From assembly GCF_013167455.1 (NCBI RefSeq), contig NZ_CP038328.1: a DNA stretch of 64,000 nucleotides. One strand, 5' to 3'. The notes below the pieces were generated by a model. That model searched no databases and was not told the DNA's origin. It worked only from the letters and a program-made list of their open reading frames with translations. Each line of letters begins with the position of its first letter. Position 1 is the first letter of the stretch. A program made the position numbers and the translations under genes. This DNA comes from Escherichia coli O157:H7. GTDB lineage: Bacteria; Pseudomonadota; Gammaproteobacteria; Enterobacterales; Enterobacteriaceae. This document shows positions 37,977 through 53,839 of the stretch, piece after piece.

Positions 37977-38438
37977 GTCTGTATTTCCTTATCCAAAGTA
38001 TGGAGAAGTTAACATTATGTTTCACAACTTCATAGTGTCTGGAGGTATTATTTTTATGGCAAAGGAAATACTTTGCGCAAATATTTTTTGTTTGATTACC
38101 AGCGAAACGTTTCTCTTATTTAAATAATTACCCACACAAAACATAGGCTTTTAATTATCAACCTTTATTATAAATAAAAGTTATGAAATATATTCTCTTC
38201 GTTAACTTATAATTAAGAGAAAAAAACTCACCGCATGGCCATTTAAGCCAGGAATAAATTAGCTTCCCGTTCATCATTTTTGTGATCTTGCGCACATCTT
38301 TGAGATAACGCACTTTCTTCACCAGTACGTTGCACGCTTTGTCAGCAGAAGATTGCAACAATCTTTCAGAAGGCCGCGAATCCCCCGTTTTGTCGTGGTA
38401 ATGTATGCACTTTGTGTTAGACGGGATAGGTTTTTAAG

Positions 38439-39533
38439 ATGGAAAAACTGCGGGTAGGAATCGTTTTTGGTGGTAAATCAGCGGAACATGAAGTGTCTCT
38501 GCAATCGGCAAAAAACATTGTCGATGCCATTGATAAAAGTCGCTTCGACGTTGTGCTGCTGGGCATTGATAAACAAGGGCAATGGCACGTCAGCGATGCC
38601 AGCAATTATCTGCTAAATGCAGACGATCCTGCCCATATTGCGTTGCGCCCTTCGGCGACCAGCCTCGCCCAGGTGCCAGGTAAACATGAGCATCAGCTTA
38701 TCGACGCGCAAAACGGTCAGCCGTTGCCGACGGTGGATGTCATTTTCCCGATTGTCCACGGTACGCTGGGCGAAGATGGTTCCTTGCAGGGAATGCTGCG
38801 GGTCGCCAATTTACCGTTTGTAGGTTCTGATGTTCTGGCTTCAGCAGCCTGTATGGATAAAGATGTCACCAAACGTCTGCTACGCGATGCCGGGCTGAAC
38901 ATTGCGCCATTTATTACCCTGACGCGCGCTAATCGTCACAACATCAGTTTTGCCGAAGTGGAGTCTAAACTGGGGTTACCACTGTTTGTAAAACCGGCTA
39001 ATCAGGGCTCTTCTGTTGGTGTCAGCAAAGTAACCAGTGAAGAACAATACGCAATTGCCGTCGATCTGGCGTTCGAGTTCGATCATAAAGTGATCGTTGA
39101 GCAAGGGATCAAAGGTCGTGAGATCGAATGCGCAGTTCTGGGCAACGACAATCCGCAAGCCAGCACCTGTGGCGAGATCGTACTCACCAGCGATTTCTAT
39201 GCCTACGACACCAAGTACATTGACGAAGATGGCGCGAAAGTGGTAGTTCCGGCAGCCATTGCGCCAGAAATCAACGATAAGATCCGGGCGATTGCCGTTC
39301 AGGCTTATCAGACGTTGGGATGCGCAGGCATGGCGCGTGTAGACGTGTTTTTAACCCCAGAGAACGAAGTGGTGATCAACGAGATCAACACACTGCCTGG
39401 CTTCACCAACATCAGTATGTATCCGAAGCTGTGGCAAGCCAGCGGTCTGGGTTACACCGATCTGATCACACGTTTGATTGAGCTGGCGCTGGAGCGTCAC
39501 GCTGCGGATAACGCATTGAAAACCACAATGTAA
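38439..39533 (+). CDS. ddlA: D-alanine--D-alanine ligase A
   Basis: 364 aa [33 protein letters not shown]...; ATP-grasp. Confidence 0.95.
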   Translation: MEKLRVGIVFGGKSAEHEVSLQSAKNIVDAIDKSRFDVVLLGIDKQGQWHVSDASNYLLNADDPAHIALRPSATSLAQVPGKHEHQLIDAQNGQPLPTVDVIFPIVHGTLGEDGSLQGMLRVANLPFVGSDVLASAACMDKDVTKRLLRDAGLNIAPFITLTRANRHNISFAEVESKLGLPLFVKPANQGSSVGVSKVTSEEQYAIAVDLAFEFDHKVIVEQGIKGREIECAVLGNDNPQASTCGEIVLTSDFYAYDTKYIDEDGAKVVVPAAIAPEINDKIRAIAVQAYQTLGCAGMARVDVFLTPENEVVINEINTLPGFTNISMYPKLWQASGLGYTDLITRLIELALERHAADNALKTTM

Positions 39534-39556
39534 TATTTTAACGCCCGATAATATTC

Positions 39557-39769
39557 TTATTGGGCGTTTTCAGTTTCTTCATCGCGACGACGAATAATCA
39601 ACCCCGCCAGCCAGAAACTAATCACCCACGTCACCAGACCGACGGCATAGGTCTGCCAACCTTTTGCTTCAAATCCCAGTAACCCCACCACGCCATTAAG
39701 AATGAATATAAGGCCAATGGCGAACGCATAGTAGTGCCAGTCACGGCGGATTTTTACAGGCAGATTCAT
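39557..39769 (-). CDS. yaiZ: small inner-membrane protein YaiZ
   Basis: 70 aa from MNLPVKIRRDWHYYAFAIGLIFILNGVVGL...; two TM helices. Confidence 0.8.
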   Translation of the reverse strand: MNLPVKIRRDWHYYAFAIGLIFILNGVVGLLGFEAKGWQTYAVGLVTWVISFWLAGLIIRRRDEETENAQ

Positions 39770-40028
39770 GGCTGCTCCGTTAACGAAAAACAACATCCTT
39801 GCATATTCTGCAACAACCGTCTGTGGTGTAGACAACATTTTCGCAATTGTTAATAAATTTAACTTAAAGTTGCTATTTTGTGACTCGCAACGAAGATTCA
39901 CGCTTCGGGAATATTCCCAACATCAATTTACCATGATTCTGATATTGACAATCTAAATGACCTGTCAGACTTGCCATAAGCCGCTGGTATCACACCAGAA
40001 GAGAAGCAGATGACTTCCGGAGGTTTTT

Positions 40029-40337
40029 ATGGCTGATTTCACCCTGTCAAAATCGCTGTTTAGCGGAAAATATCGCAATGCCTCTTCAACGCCTGGCAAC
40101 ATTGCCTATGCGTTGTTTGTGCTGTTTTGCTTTTGGGCTGGGGCGCAATTGCTGAACCTGTTAGTGCATGCGCCCGGCGTCTATGAGCGTTTAATGCAGG
40201 TCCAGGAAACAGGTCGCCCACGGGTGGAAATTGGTTTAGGTGTCGGCACCATTTTCGGGCTGATCCCGTTTTTAGTAGGCTGCCTCATTTTTGCAGTGGT
40301 GGCGCTATGGCTGCACTGGCGACATCGCCGCCAGTAA
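40029..40337 (+). CDS. yaiY: inner-membrane protein YaiY
   Basis: 102 aa [33 protein letters not shown]... Confidence 0.85.
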
Positions 40338-40395
40338 GATTTACGTTGCCAGATACGGCCTAAAACGCCTTATCTGGCATGACATTCCTGTTTGT

Positions 40396-41490
40396 TCACT
40401 GTTTCATACAACGCGCCCGCCGTTCGTCTACGCGCTTCGCAAACCAGGCCGTAGTCAGGTTGCGGGTGATTTTCGGGCTTTCCAGTTGAATGCCAGGCAA
40501 CATTTCGCGGGGGAGTGATTTACCCGTTTTCGCTTCGGCAAGTTGATAAACTTTCTTGTACAGCGCCGTCTCCTCAAAAGAGAAGCTGTCACCTTTCTCT
40601 AGCTGACGACGAATTTCGCTGTCGCTCATCCCCAGTTTTGCCGCCAGTTTGCGCGTTGCCAGTTCGGTTTTCCCGGGTTCTTTACTGTCGTAACGAATTA
40701 AATCACCGTCCAGTGCCAGCTTCACGCCGCTGGCCTTACTGACCGCGTTCTGAAACGCGGCATTACGGCTGGCGTACCAGCCAGCGTTAAAATCAGCAAA
40801 ACGGTATATCGGTGCGCTATAACTGGCGGGATAATTCAGTAAATGGTAAGTACCAAACCACAACCCGCCGCGGCGACTAAAGACTTCCTGACGGACTGTA
40901 CCGTCCATTTTCCACGGATACCCTTTGGTATGCTGTTCGGCAAAAGCAATGCTGACCTGCATCGGCCCACCGGTGCGCACCGGATTAAGCGAACCAAACA
41001 ACGTCTGCCCCATTGGCACCATGCTGATCAGATCGTCAAAAATCCCGCTCAATTGCTTTTCTGTACGCACCGAATCTAACCGTTCGCTATAACTTTTGCC
41101 GTTTGGCGATTTGATTTTTAGCGCAGTATGAACCAGAAAAGCAGGAATGTGCATCCGTTCAGCACGACGGTCAATCTCTTGCCAGGCGATCTTGCTTAAG
41201 CCCGGAACGGCCGGATCTGCCTGATAATTTGACTCCTGCTGCGCCACCGCCAGCACCGAGCAGACGTTTTCCAGCGTCGGTGCCAGCCCCTGACTTTCAA
41301 AGGTGGTGGCGAGATCTTTCGCCCAGGCATCGCGGTCTTTCACGCTCGCAGGCATCTTCTGCCGCACCACGCTAGCCACATCTATCGCTTTTTCGCCCTT
41401 TTTCAACGGCTGTGGCGCCTGACTGCTACACCCCGCTAAAACCAGAACCGCCAAAAATGAAAGCGAAGACAGATGATTGACTCGCGACAT
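40396..41490 (-). CDS. yaiW: outer-membrane lipoprotein YaiW
   Basis: 364 aa MSRVNHLSSLSFLAVLVLAGCSSQ... (lipobox); co-directional with sbmA. Confidence 0.85.
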   Translation of the reverse strand: MSRVNHLSSLSFLAVLVLAGCSSQAPQPLKKGEKAIDVASVVRQKMPASVKDRDAWAKDLATTFESQGLAPTLENVCSVLAVAQQESNYQADPAVPGLSKIAWQEIDRRAERMHIPAFLVHTALKIKSPNGKSYSERLDSVRTEKQLSGIFDDLISMVPMGQTLFGSLNPVRTGGPMQVSIAFAEQHTKGYPWKMDGTVRQEVFSRRGGLWFGTYHLLNYPASYSAPIYRFADFNAGWYASRNAAFQNAVSKASGVKLALDGDLIRYDSKEPGKTELATRKLAAKLGMSDSEIRRQLEKGDSFSFEETALYKKVYQLAEAKTGKSLPREMLPGIQLESPKITRNLTTAWFAKRVDERRARCMKQ

Positions 41491-41502
41491 TACTTCTCCT
41501 TT

Positions 41503-42723
41503 TTAGCTCAAGGTATGGGTTACTTCCTGAATTTTGTCACCATCCAGCTCATGTTCAAAGCTGCGCAGACGTTTGTAGATAGACATCAACTCAACCAGTG
41601 TGGTCCATGAGTTAATCAGGTACTGGAAAGCACCGCGAACCTGACCAAAAACGTTGGTAATCTGCGTCATCAGGCCGAGCGTAATCGTACCGGCAACAAT
41701 TGACGGAAACAGCAAGAACAAACCGAAAACGTTATCGACCTGCAAATAGAGAATGCGAGCGATGTTGAAATACATATAGTGAAAATAGAGGCGGAAATAG
41801 TTTTTCCGTACGGCGCTAAACAGCTCGCGTACCGTTGGCGGCGTCGCGCGCGTGGCATCGTCTTCACCATAAACCAGCTCTTTACGGTAGGCAGCCTCTA
41901 CACGCTGGTTTTTAAACTCCAGCCCCGGCAGTTTGATCCCTACCACTGCCAGCAATCCGGTCCCCATCAGCGACCAGACGATAGCGGCAATCACCAGACC
42001 ATACGGAATGTGCCCGATAATCGGCAGCTCCGGCACATGCGCGGAGAGCGTTACCAACACCGGCAGGAAGGCGATCAACGTCATGATGGCGTTGATAAAA
42101 CTGACACCCATATTCTCCAGCGTTGAAGCAAAACGCATGGTGTCTTCCTGCACACGCTGTGCGGCGCCTTCGATATGACGCAGTTGTTGCCAGTTCGCCA
42201 TGTAATATTCGTTCATCGCCGTACGCCAGCGGAACACGTAGTGACTGACAAAGAAGTTATTCAGCACACTGATCACTACCGCGATCAGCGCAATCCCCAG
42301 AAAGACGCCCACTTCGCGGTAAAATTGTTCGATAGTGACTTTATGCGGCGAACTTAGCGCGGTTTGAATCAGATCATAGAACGGTGCATACCAGGCGTTG
42401 ACGGCAACCCCAACTTCCACCAAAAACCAGGTGACGAAGATGATCAGTGCAGTACCGAGTATTGACCAGTATTGCCAACGGTGCGGGCTGTAGATAAACC
42501 AGAACAATGCAAAAAGTCCTACGCAAACAATGTAGTAAGCGTAAAAAATCAGGAAATCCAACGACCAGAAACGCGCGGCGCTAATCGGGATCTGCCCGGA
42601 AGCGCCGGTGATACGCGCCACCCAGTCCCCCCCACCGGCTTGCCAGAAGATAACGGCAATCAATGCCCAAACAAAGGCCGAGAGAAAAAACGTTCCCGGC
42701 TTTGGGAAAAAAGACTTAAACAT
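41503..42723 (-). CDS. sbmA: peptide antibiotic/antimicrobial peptide transporter SbmA
   Basis: 406 aa from [28 protein letters not shown]... Confidence 0.9.
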   Translation of the reverse strand: MFKSFFPKPGTFFLSAFVWALIAVIFWQAGGGDWVARITGASGQIPISAARFWSLDFLIFYAYYIVCVGLFALFWFIYSPHRWQYWSILGTALIIFVTWFLVEVGVAVNAWYAPFYDLIQTALSSPHKVTIEQFYREVGVFLGIALIAVVISVLNNFFVSHYVFRWRTAMNEYYMANWQQLRHIEGAAQRVQEDTMRFASTLENMGVSFINAIMTLIAFLPVLVTLSAHVPELPIIGHIPYGLVIAAIVWSLMGTGLLAVVGIKLPGLEFKNQRVEAAYRKELVYGEDDATRATPPTVRELFSAVRKNYFRLYFHYMYFNIARILYLQVDNVFGLFLLFPSIVAGTITLGLMTQITNVFGQVRGAFQYLINSWTTLVELMSIYKRLRSFEHELDGDKIQEVTHTLS

Positions 42724-43074
42724 ATGCACTCCTGCTAACTTCTTATCGTTTTAACAACTGCTGTGTATTAACCGCATGACCGCTACAAAGCGTCAGCCAA
42801 ATGAAACCGCCCATTGTGACTCATAGCAAGGCGCTTAGTTCGCCAGCCTGGCCATAAGAATTGTTTCGACGGATTTCACAAACCAAAGATTGTTTACATA
42901 AGCGGATTAACACGCGCAGGATCACAAATGCAGGCATTGGTGAGCAGGAAAAAGATCGTGTTTACGCGCCGTTACGTTTTTAACACTATTATTGCACTAA
43001 TTCGCCCTTTGCAATCCATCAATGAGTAGTATAAATACGCTCAGTTACCTTCATTCAATTTATGGACACCACCG

Positions 43075-44232
43075 TTGAAACGTAGTCTGCTTTTTTCTGC
43101 CGTGCTGTGTGCGGCGTCATTGACCTCCGTCCATGCGGCGCAGCCGATCACTGAACCGGAGTTTGCCTCTGATATTGTCGATCGTTATGCCGATCATATT
43201 TTTTACGGCAGCGGTGCCACGGGGATGGCGCTGGTTGTTATCGACGGTAACCAGCGCGTCTTTCGCAGTTATGGCGAAACGCGACCTGGTAATAACGTTC
43301 GCCCGCAGCTGGATTCGGTCGTGCGTATTGCTTCCCTCACCAAGCTAATGACCAGTGAGATGCTGGTGAAATTGCTCGACCAGGGGACCGTGAAGTTAAA
43401 CGATCCGCTAAGTAAATATGCTCCGCCAGGCGCACGCGTGCCAACCTACAATGGGACGCCCATTACGCTGGTCAATCTGGCAACCCATACCAGCGCCCTG
43501 CCCCGTGAACAGCCCGGTGGCGCGGCACATCGTCCGGTGTTTGTCTGGCCAACGCGCGAGCAACGCTGGAAATACCTTTCTACGGCGAAGCTGAAAGCCG
43601 CGCCAGGCAGTCAGGCGGCGTACTCTAACCTTGCGTTCGACCTGCTGGCAGATGCACTGGCGAATGCGTCCGGCAAGCCTTATACCCAGTTGTTTGAAGA
43701 GCAGATTACCCGTCCATTGGGGATGAAAGACACCACCTACACTCCCTCACCGGATCAGTGCCGCCGTTTAATGGTTGCTGAGCGCGGTGCCAGTCCGTGC
43801 AATAACACGCTGGCGGCAATTGGCAGCGGCGGCGTCTATTCCACGCCTGGCGATATGATGCGCTGGATGCAGCAGTATTTGTCATCTGATTTTTATCAGC
43901 GCAGTAACCAGGCAGATCGCATGCAGACGTTGATTTATCAGCGCGCGCAGTTTACGAAAGTGATTGGCATGGATGTCCCCGGCAAAGCGGATGCGCTTGG
44001 TTTAGGCTGGGTATATATGGCCCCGAAAGAGGGTCGTCCGGGGATTATTCAGAAGACAGGTGGTGGTGGCGGTTTCATTACCTATATGGCGATGATCCCG
44101 CAGAAGAATATTGGCGCGTTTGTGGTGGTCACTCGTTCGCCGTTGACGCGCTTTAAAAATATGAGCGATGGCATCAATGATCTGGTGACCGAGCTAAGCG
44201 GGAATAAACCGTTGGTTATCCCCGCATCCTGA
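43075..44232 (+). CDS. ampH: penicillin-binding protein AmpH (class C beta-lactamase fold)
   Basis: 385 aa with signal peptide; SxxK motif (ASLTK) and YSN motif. Confidence 0.9.
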   Translation: MKRSLLFSAVLCAASLTSVHAAQPITEPEFASDIVDRYADHIFYGSGATGMALVVIDGNQRVFRSYGETRPGNNVRPQLDSVVRIASLTKLMTSEMLVKLLDQGTVKLNDPLSKYAPPGARVPTYNGTPITLVNLATHTSALPREQPGGAAHRPVFVWPTREQRWKYLSTAKLKAAPGSQAAYSNLAFDLLADALANASGKPYTQLFEEQITRPLGMKDTTYTPSPDQCRRLMVAERGASPCNNTLAAIGSGGVYSTPGDMMRWMQQYLSSDFYQRSNQADRMQTLIYQRAQFTKVIGMDVPGKADALGLGWVYMAPKEGRPGIIQKTGGGGGFITYMAMIPQKNIGAFVVVTRSPLTRFKNMSDGINDLVTELSGNKPLVIPAS

Positions 44233-44921
<689 letters not shown>

Positions 44922-44922
44922 T

Positions 44923-47886
<2,964 letters not shown>

Positions 47887-48411
47887 TTGTCATCCCTCCT
47901 CAGGGACGTAATAAGTTGATCCATCAATTATCAATGCATAGAAAACATCTTATGTTTCGCGTTGACGATTATGCGGCGTTATAGAGGAATGGTTCAATTA
48001 TTCTTTCCCCTAAGTCCGATTGCGGACATATATAAAAATATCTATACGCACAAAGAATAAGTTGACAAAAACACTGCATTTCAACACGTTAATGAAATCA
48101 TTAATTTTGAATTATAGATCCTAAAAATACCAAAACAACAAATCAGACAAATAATTTATCAATAAGCAATGAACTTTAAGTAATTCAATTTTTGACAGTT
48201 CAACCAAATTGACAAAAATAATAACCAGCACCTATAAATAAAAATTAAAAAATATTTTCAGTGAATATGAAGTTATTGCTATTTCTATTACAAAGATGCC
48301 CTGGTCTCTCTTTCATTCTCTTCTTGTCAACATCGTGACAACTTTCGTAAAACACTCCAGCCCCGCTTCAGGTATACTGTGCACCTTAATTCCACAAACA
48401 TCAGGCAGACC

Positions 48412-49386
48412 ATGACAGACTTAATCCAACGCCCTCGTCGCCTGCGCAAATCTCCTGCGCTGCGCGCTATGTTTGAAGAGACAACACTTAGCCTTAACGA
48501 CCTGGTGTTGCCGATCTTTGTTGAAGAAGAAATTGACGACTACAAAGCCGTTGAAGCCATGCCTGGCGTGATGCGCATTCCAGAGAAACATCTGGCACGC
48601 GAAATTGAACGCATCGCCAACGCCGGTATTCGTTCCGTGATGACTTTCGGCATCTCTCACCATACCGATGAAACCGGCAGCGATGCCTGGCGGGAAGATG
48701 GACTGGTAGCGCGTATGTCGCGCATCTGCAAGCAGACGGTGCCAGAAATGATTGTCATGTCAGACACCTGCTTCTGTGAATACACTTCTCACGGTCACTG
48801 CGGTGTGCTGTGCGAGCATGGCGTCGACAACGACGCGACTCTGGAAAATTTAGGCAAGCAAGCCGTGGTTGCAGCTGCTGCAGGTGCAGACTTCATCGCC
48901 CCTTCCGCCGCGATGGATGGCCAGGTACAGGCGATTCGCCAGGCGCTGGACGCTGCTGGCTTTAAAGATACGGCGATTATGTCGTATTCGACCAAGTTCG
49001 CCTCCTCCTTTTATGGTCCGTTCCGTGAAGCTGCCGGAAGCGCATTAAAAGGCGACCGCAAAAGCTATCAGATGAACCCAATGAACCGTCGTGAGGCGAT
49101 TCGTGAGTCACTGCTGGATGAAGCCCAGGGCGCAGACTGCCTGATGGTTAAACCTGCTGGAGCGTACCTCGACATCGTGCGTGAGCTGCGTGAACGTACT
49201 GAATTGCCGATTGGCGCGTATCAGGTGAGCGGTGAGTATGCGATGATTAAGTTCGCCGCGCTGGCGGGTGCTATAGATGAAGAGAAAGTCGTGCTCGAAA
49301 GCTTAGGTTCGATTAAGCGTGCGGGTGCGGATCTGATTTTCAGCTACTTTGCGCTGGATTTGGCTGAGAAGAAGATTCTGCGTTAA
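48412..49386 (+). CDS. hemB: porphobilinogen synthase (delta-aminolevulinic acid dehydratase)
   Basis: 324 aa from [37 protein letters not shown]... Confidence 0.95.
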
Positions 49387-49435
49387 TTTTGTTTCCTCTC
49401 AGAAAGGGGGAGTTAACCTGTTGAAAGCACGGTGA

Positions 49436-49478
49436 ACGCCCCCTCACCCTAACCCTCTCCCCAAGGGGGCGAGAGGAC
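49436..49478. repeat. GC-rich imperfect palindrome (boxC-like intergenic repeat)
   Basis: acgccccctcaccctaaccctctccccaagggggcgagagg between hemB and tauD; resembles the GGGGAGAGGG-containing boxC family of E. coli. Confidence 0.5.
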
Positions 49479-49492
49479 CGTCCACTCTCGTA

Positions 49493-50344
49493 TTACCCCG
49501 CCCGATAAAACGGTTTATCCCCAAGAATCGTCGCCCGATGCATAATCCGCCGCTGTGGCAGGTAATCGGCATTGGCATAGTGCTGAGTCACACGGTTATC
49601 CCAAATCGCAATATCATTCGGTTGCCAGCGCCAGCGCACCTGAAACTCCGGTTTAGTGATATGGGCGAATAAAAAGCCTAACAAGGCTTCGCTCTCTTTC
49701 TCGCTGACATCAACAATTCGCGTAGTAAAGCCTTCATTCACAAACAGCGCCTGTTTACCGCTCACCGGATGCGTTCGCACCACCGGATGTAGCAACGGCG
49801 GATTTTTCGCAACCGCCTCGCGCCAGCGTTGATGTTCCTCTTCGGTTTTGCGGTATTTGTATTCCGGGAACGATTTACGAAAATCATGCTCCGCACGCAG
49901 CCCGCTCAGCAGCTGGCGGAAGGGAACAGAGAGCGCCTCATAGGCCGCAATACCGCTGGTCCAGAGCGTATCGCCGCCGGTCGAAGGTAACTCTTTCGCT
50001 GCCAGAATCGCCCCTGCGGGTGGCGTTTCAATAAATGTCACATCGGTATGCCAGTTGTCGTTATCTGGCGGATTATCGTTATGGGTATCCAGCACGATGA
50101 TCTCGTCAACCCCTTCGGCATGAGGGTAAACAGGGTGAATATGCAGTTCGCCAAAACGCTGGGCCAGCGCGCGTTGCTGCTGCGGCGTAATGGCTTGATC
50201 GCGCAGAAACACCACCTGATGGCGCAGTACCGCATGGTAAAGTTGTTCAAACTGATTATCGCTTAACGGGCGCGTCAGGTCGGCACCCGAAATTTGTGCT
50301 CCGATATACGGCCCCAGCGGGGTAATGCTCAGACGTTCACTCAT
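49493..50344 (-). CDS. tauD: taurine dioxygenase
   Basis: 283 aa [27 protein letters not shown]... Confidence 0.95.
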   Translation of the reverse strand: MSERLSITPLGPYIGAQISGADLTRPLSDNQFEQLYHAVLRHQVVFLRDQAITPQQQRALAQRFGELHIHPVYPHAEGVDEIIVLDTHNDNPPDNDNWHTDVTFIETPPAGAILAAKELPSTGGDTLWTSGIAAYEALSVPFRQLLSGLRAEHDFRKSFPEYKYRKTEEEHQRWREAVAKNPPLLHPVVRTHPVSGKQALFVNEGFTTRIVDVSEKESEALLGFLFAHITKPEFQVRWRWQPNDIAIWDNRVTQHYANADYLPQRRIMHRATILGDKPFYRAG

Positions 50345-51168
50345 TGTACTTCTCCATGCCAGGGCGTCAGGCGGCGCTGTAACGCGCGCAGACCCAGTTC
50401 TAAAAGAAAGGCGATAATCGCAATCACCGCGATCCCCGCCAGCACCACGTCAGTCGCGAGAAATTCACCCGCTGACTGAACCATAAATCCTAAACCGCGC
50501 GTCGCGGCAATCAGCTCCGCCGCCACCAGCGTAGACCAGCCCACACCCAGACCAATACGTAATCCGGTGAGGATTTCCGGCAGCGCGCCGGGCAAAATGA
50601 CAAACCACAGCACCTGCGCACGGCTGGCACCCAGCGACTGGGCAGCACGAATGCGAACCTGCTGCGCGCTTTTCACCCCCGCCAGCGCCGACATCGCCAC
50701 CGGTGCAAAAATCGCTAAATAGATCAGTAAGATCTTCGAGGTTTCACCAATACCAAACCAGATCACCATCAGCGGCAAATAAGCCAGCGGCGGCACCGGA
50801 CGATAAAGCTCGATTATCGGATCCAGAATGCCGCGCACCGTCGGGCTTAGCCCCATGGCGATCCCGACCGGAATGCCGATCAACACCGCCGCGAGTAGCG
50901 CCAGCACAATGCGCGTCAGGCTGGCTGCCAGATGCTGCCACAGCGTGGCGTCCATAAATCCCTGCGGTCCGGCAATGGTGAGCAGTTTTGCCAGTACTTG
51001 TTGCGGCGGCGGCAAAAACAGCGGGCTAATCAGTTGCAGCGCCGCCACCGTCCACCATACAGTGAGTAAAACCGCTAACGTGCCAATGCTTAAGGTCACC
51101 TGACGCGAGAGCGGCCAGCGCCATTTCAGCCGCCGCGAATGCAGTTTTTCATTAATGAGCACACTCAT
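50341..51168 (-). CDS. tauC: taurine ABC transporter permease
   Basis: 275 aa; ABC permease; ATGA overlap with tauD. Confidence 0.95.
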   Translation of the reverse strand: MSVLINEKLHSRRLKWRWPLSRQVTLSIGTLAVLLTVWWTVAALQLISPLFLPPPQQVLAKLLTIAGPQGFMDATLWQHLAASLTRIVLALLAAVLIGIPVGIAMGLSPTVRGILDPIIELYRPVPPLAYLPLMVIWFGIGETSKILLIYLAIFAPVAMSALAGVKSAQQVRIRAAQSLGASRAQVLWFVILPGALPEILTGLRIGLGVGWSTLVAAELIAATRGLGFMVQSAGEFLATDVVLAGIAVIAIIAFLLELGLRALQRRLTPWHGEVQ

Positions 51169-51932
51169 GAGAACGCCTCCCGTTGCTCAAATACGCGGCT
51201 TAAAACATATTCGCGCATGGCGATGAATTGTGGATCGGACTTGATGCTGCGGCTCGACTCTCCCGCAACAAAGCGGCGAGCAAAGTTGAGCGGCAGCCGC
51301 TCCAGCACGCGGCCAGGGCCGGGTGAAAGCAGAACCAGTTCAGTCGCCATAAACACCGCTTCTTCTATATCGTGGGTAATCAACAGCACCTGCTTGCCCG
51401 TCTCCTGCCAGAGTTTCAGCAGCAGGGTTTGCATCTGGTCGCGGGTGAAGGCGTCCAGCGCACCAAACGGTTCGTCGAGTAATAACAGCTGGGGATTCGC
51501 CGCCAGCGCGCGGGCAATCCCCACCCGCTGACGTTGACCACCGGAAAGCTGCCAGATGTAGCGTTTTTCTGCGCCTTCCAGCCCCACTTTTTTCAGCATC
51601 TGGTGCGCGATTTCCAGTCGCTGCATTTTCTCTATACCTGCCAATTGCAGGCCGAACGCCACGTTGTCCTGTACATTGCGCCACGGTAGTAGCCCTTCAT
51701 TCTGAAAAACTACGCCACGCTCTGCTCCCGGCCCCTCAATACGCTTACCCGCCAGTTGAATGCTGCCATGCTGATAAGGCACAAAACCGGCAATCAAATT
51801 CAGCAGGGTGGTTTTACCGCAGCCGGACGGCCCCAGCACCACCAGTAGCTCGCCGCTTTCCAGCGTCAGGTTGATATCTTCCAGTACCGGTTTGCCGCCA
51901 TAATCGGCGTAAAGATGAGAGATTTGCAGCAT
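51165..51932 (-). CDS. tauB: taurine ABC transporter ATP-binding protein
   Basis: 255 aa; Walker [10 protein letters not shown], signature LSGGQRQR. Confidence 0.95.
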   Translation of the reverse strand: MLQISHLYADYGGKPVLEDINLTLESGELLVVLGPSGCGKTTLLNLIAGFVPYQHGSIQLAGKRIEGPGAERGVVFQNEGLLPWRNVQDNVAFGLQLAGIEKMQRLEIAHQMLKKVGLEGAEKRYIWQLSGGQRQRVGIARALAANPQLLLLDEPFGALDAFTRDQMQTLLLKLWQETGKQVLLITHDIEEAVFMATELVLLSPGPGRVLERLPLNFARRFVAGESSRSIKSDPQFIAMREYVLSRVFEQREAFS

Positions 51933-51944
51933 CTGCGCCTCCTT

Positions 51945-52907
51945 TTATTGCACGAAGCGCGAGGTAACGTACTGGCTGTAATCATTCGCTACAGCCGGGA
52001 CCTTGCCCTGCTCTTTCAAAAACTGCGCGGTGTCGATGATCGCTTTGTTCACCGGTCCGGTCAGTTCTGCCGTTTGTTGCTGCGGCGTCAGATAGGTATT
52101 CCCCTTCACCAGCCCCGGAACGTCACCTTCAGGCACGCCGCTTAAACGCGCCAGTTTGCTGATGTTTTCCGGCTGTTTCAGCCACACGTCTGGGTTAGCA
52201 ATGTACGGTTGCTGAGCATCGATGGCGCTTTTAGAGAACGCTTTCACGACCTCAGGATGTTTCTCGGCAAAATCTTTGCGCACCACCCAAACGTCCAGCG
52301 TTGGCGCGCCCCACTGCCCGACCTGTTCAGAATCGGTCAACACCTTGCCGTCTTTTTCCAGGGCGTTAACCGCCGGTGCCCAGACATAAGCACCATCAAT
52401 ATCTCCCCGCTGCCAGGCAGCGATAATCGCGGGCGGCTGCAGGTTCACAATCTCCACTTGCCCGGGTTTAATGCCCCAGTGTTTCAGCGCCGCCAGCAGG
52501 CTGTAGTGGGTGGTGGAGATAAACGGTACGGCGATGCGTTTGCCAATCAGATCTTCCGGTTTGCTGATAGTTTTCTTTACCACCAGCGCTTCGGAGTTAC
52601 CCAGTTTTGACGCCAGCAAGAAGACTTCAATCGGCACCTGTTGGCTGGCTGCAACCGCTAACGGGCTGGAACCAAGGTTGCCGATTTGCACGTCGCCAGA
52701 AGCCAGCGCCCGCACGATGCTGGCTCCGCTGTCAAACTTGCGCCAGTCCACAGTTGCTCCACTTTCTTTAGCAAAGGTGTTATCGGCCTGAGCCACTTTC
52801 GCCGGTTCGGCTGAGGTTTGATACGCCACGGTGACGTTCACCGCCTGCGCCTGAAAAGCGATGAATGCCAGTGCGGCAAGAAGAGTGTTACGCGATGAAA
52901 TTGCCAT
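51945..52907 (-). CDS. tauA: taurine ABC transporter substrate-binding protein
   Basis: 320 aa with signal peptide MAISSRNTLLAALAFIAFQAQA. Confidence 0.95.
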   Translation of the reverse strand: MAISSRNTLLAALAFIAFQAQAVNVTVAYQTSAEPAKVAQADNTFAKESGATVDWRKFDSGASIVRALASGDVQIGNLGSSPLAVAASQQVPIEVFLLASKLGNSEALVVKKTISKPEDLIGKRIAVPFISTTHYSLLAALKHWGIKPGQVEIVNLQPPAIIAAWQRGDIDGAYVWAPAVNALEKDGKVLTDSEQVGQWGAPTLDVWVVRKDFAEKHPEVVKAFSKSAIDAQQPYIANPDVWLKQPENISKLARLSGVPEGDVPGLVKGNTYLTPQQQTAELTGPVNKAIIDTAQFLKEQGKVPAVANDYSQYVTSRFVQ

Positions 52908-53209
52908 GATTGTCTGCTCCCCTGTCTTGTTATGGGAGCAGTATTTCGTTGCGGGTCAGTTTGATAAAGGAATTAAAAGGTCTTGTTAAGAACAAAGCGT
53001 TTTTAGAAAAAAATCGGCAATGGTTAGCGAGTTTGCGCATTTTGCGGTTTTGGCGAACGTATCCCGCCGGTTCACAAGCCAGATAAGATGTGCGCGCTCC
53101 GGCAAATTATTGCCATTTTGTTACATCCATTCCATATCTGTCGCTGGTTGATTGCCAGCGCCGCGCCGTGATGCATGATAGGAGAATTAGATAATAAGAG
53201 AAGAAAAGT

Positions 53210-53839
53210 ATGATTCGGGTAGTGCTGGTGGATGACCATGTTGTGGTGCGCTCTGGCTTCGCACAATTACTCTCTCTGGAAGACGATCTGGAGGTCATTG
53301 GTCAGTACAGTAGTGCCGCGCAGGCATGGTCGGCATTAATCCGTGATGACGTCAATGTTGCCGTCATTGATATTGCCATGCCGGACGAAAACGGCCTCAG
53401 TTTGCTTAAGCGCCTGCGTGCACAAAAACCGCAATTTCGCGCCATTATTCTTAGCATTTATGACGCGCCAACCTTTGTGCAAAGCGCGCTGGATGCCGGT
53501 GCCAGCGGGTATTTAACCAAACGCTGTGGGCCGGAAGAGTTAGTACAGGCGGTGCGCTCGGTCGGGCTGGGCGGGCATTATCTCTGTGCCGATGCGATTC
53601 GGGCTTTACGCGGCGGCGGGCAACCCGCCCAGGCGCTGGAAATTCTCACCCCACGAGAACGTGAAGTGTTTGAGTTACTGGTCAAAGGAGACAGCGTTAA
53701 AGAGATCGCCTTTAAACTCGAACTCAGTCATAAAACGGTACATGTGCATCGCGCCAATGTGCTGGGAAAACTGAACTGCCATAGCACCATTGAACTGGTA
53801 CATTTTGCGCTCGACCACCATCTGCTGGCGGGGCATTAA
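53210..53839 (+). CDS. NarL/FixJ-family response regulator (UhpA-like)
   Basis: 209 aa; receiver domain (VVLVDDH...D) plus C-terminal LuxR-type HTH. Confidence 0.85.
   Translation: MIRVVLVDDHVVVRSGFAQLLSLEDDLEVIGQYSSAAQAWSALIRDDVNVAVIDIAMPDENGLSLLKRLRAQKPQFRAIILSIYDAPTFVQSALDAGASGYLTKRCGPEELVQAVRSVGLGGHYLCADAIRALRGGGQPAQALEILTPREREVFELLVKGDSVKEIAFKLELSHKTVHVHRANVLGKLNCHSTIELVHFALDHHLLAGH

Noticed and set aside
38158-38361. 67-aa ORF in the AT-rich iraP-ddlA intergenic region
   Set aside because: No SD, AT-rich promoter-like sequence, hydrophobic low-complexity translation; more likely regulatory DNA for iraP and ddlA than a gene.
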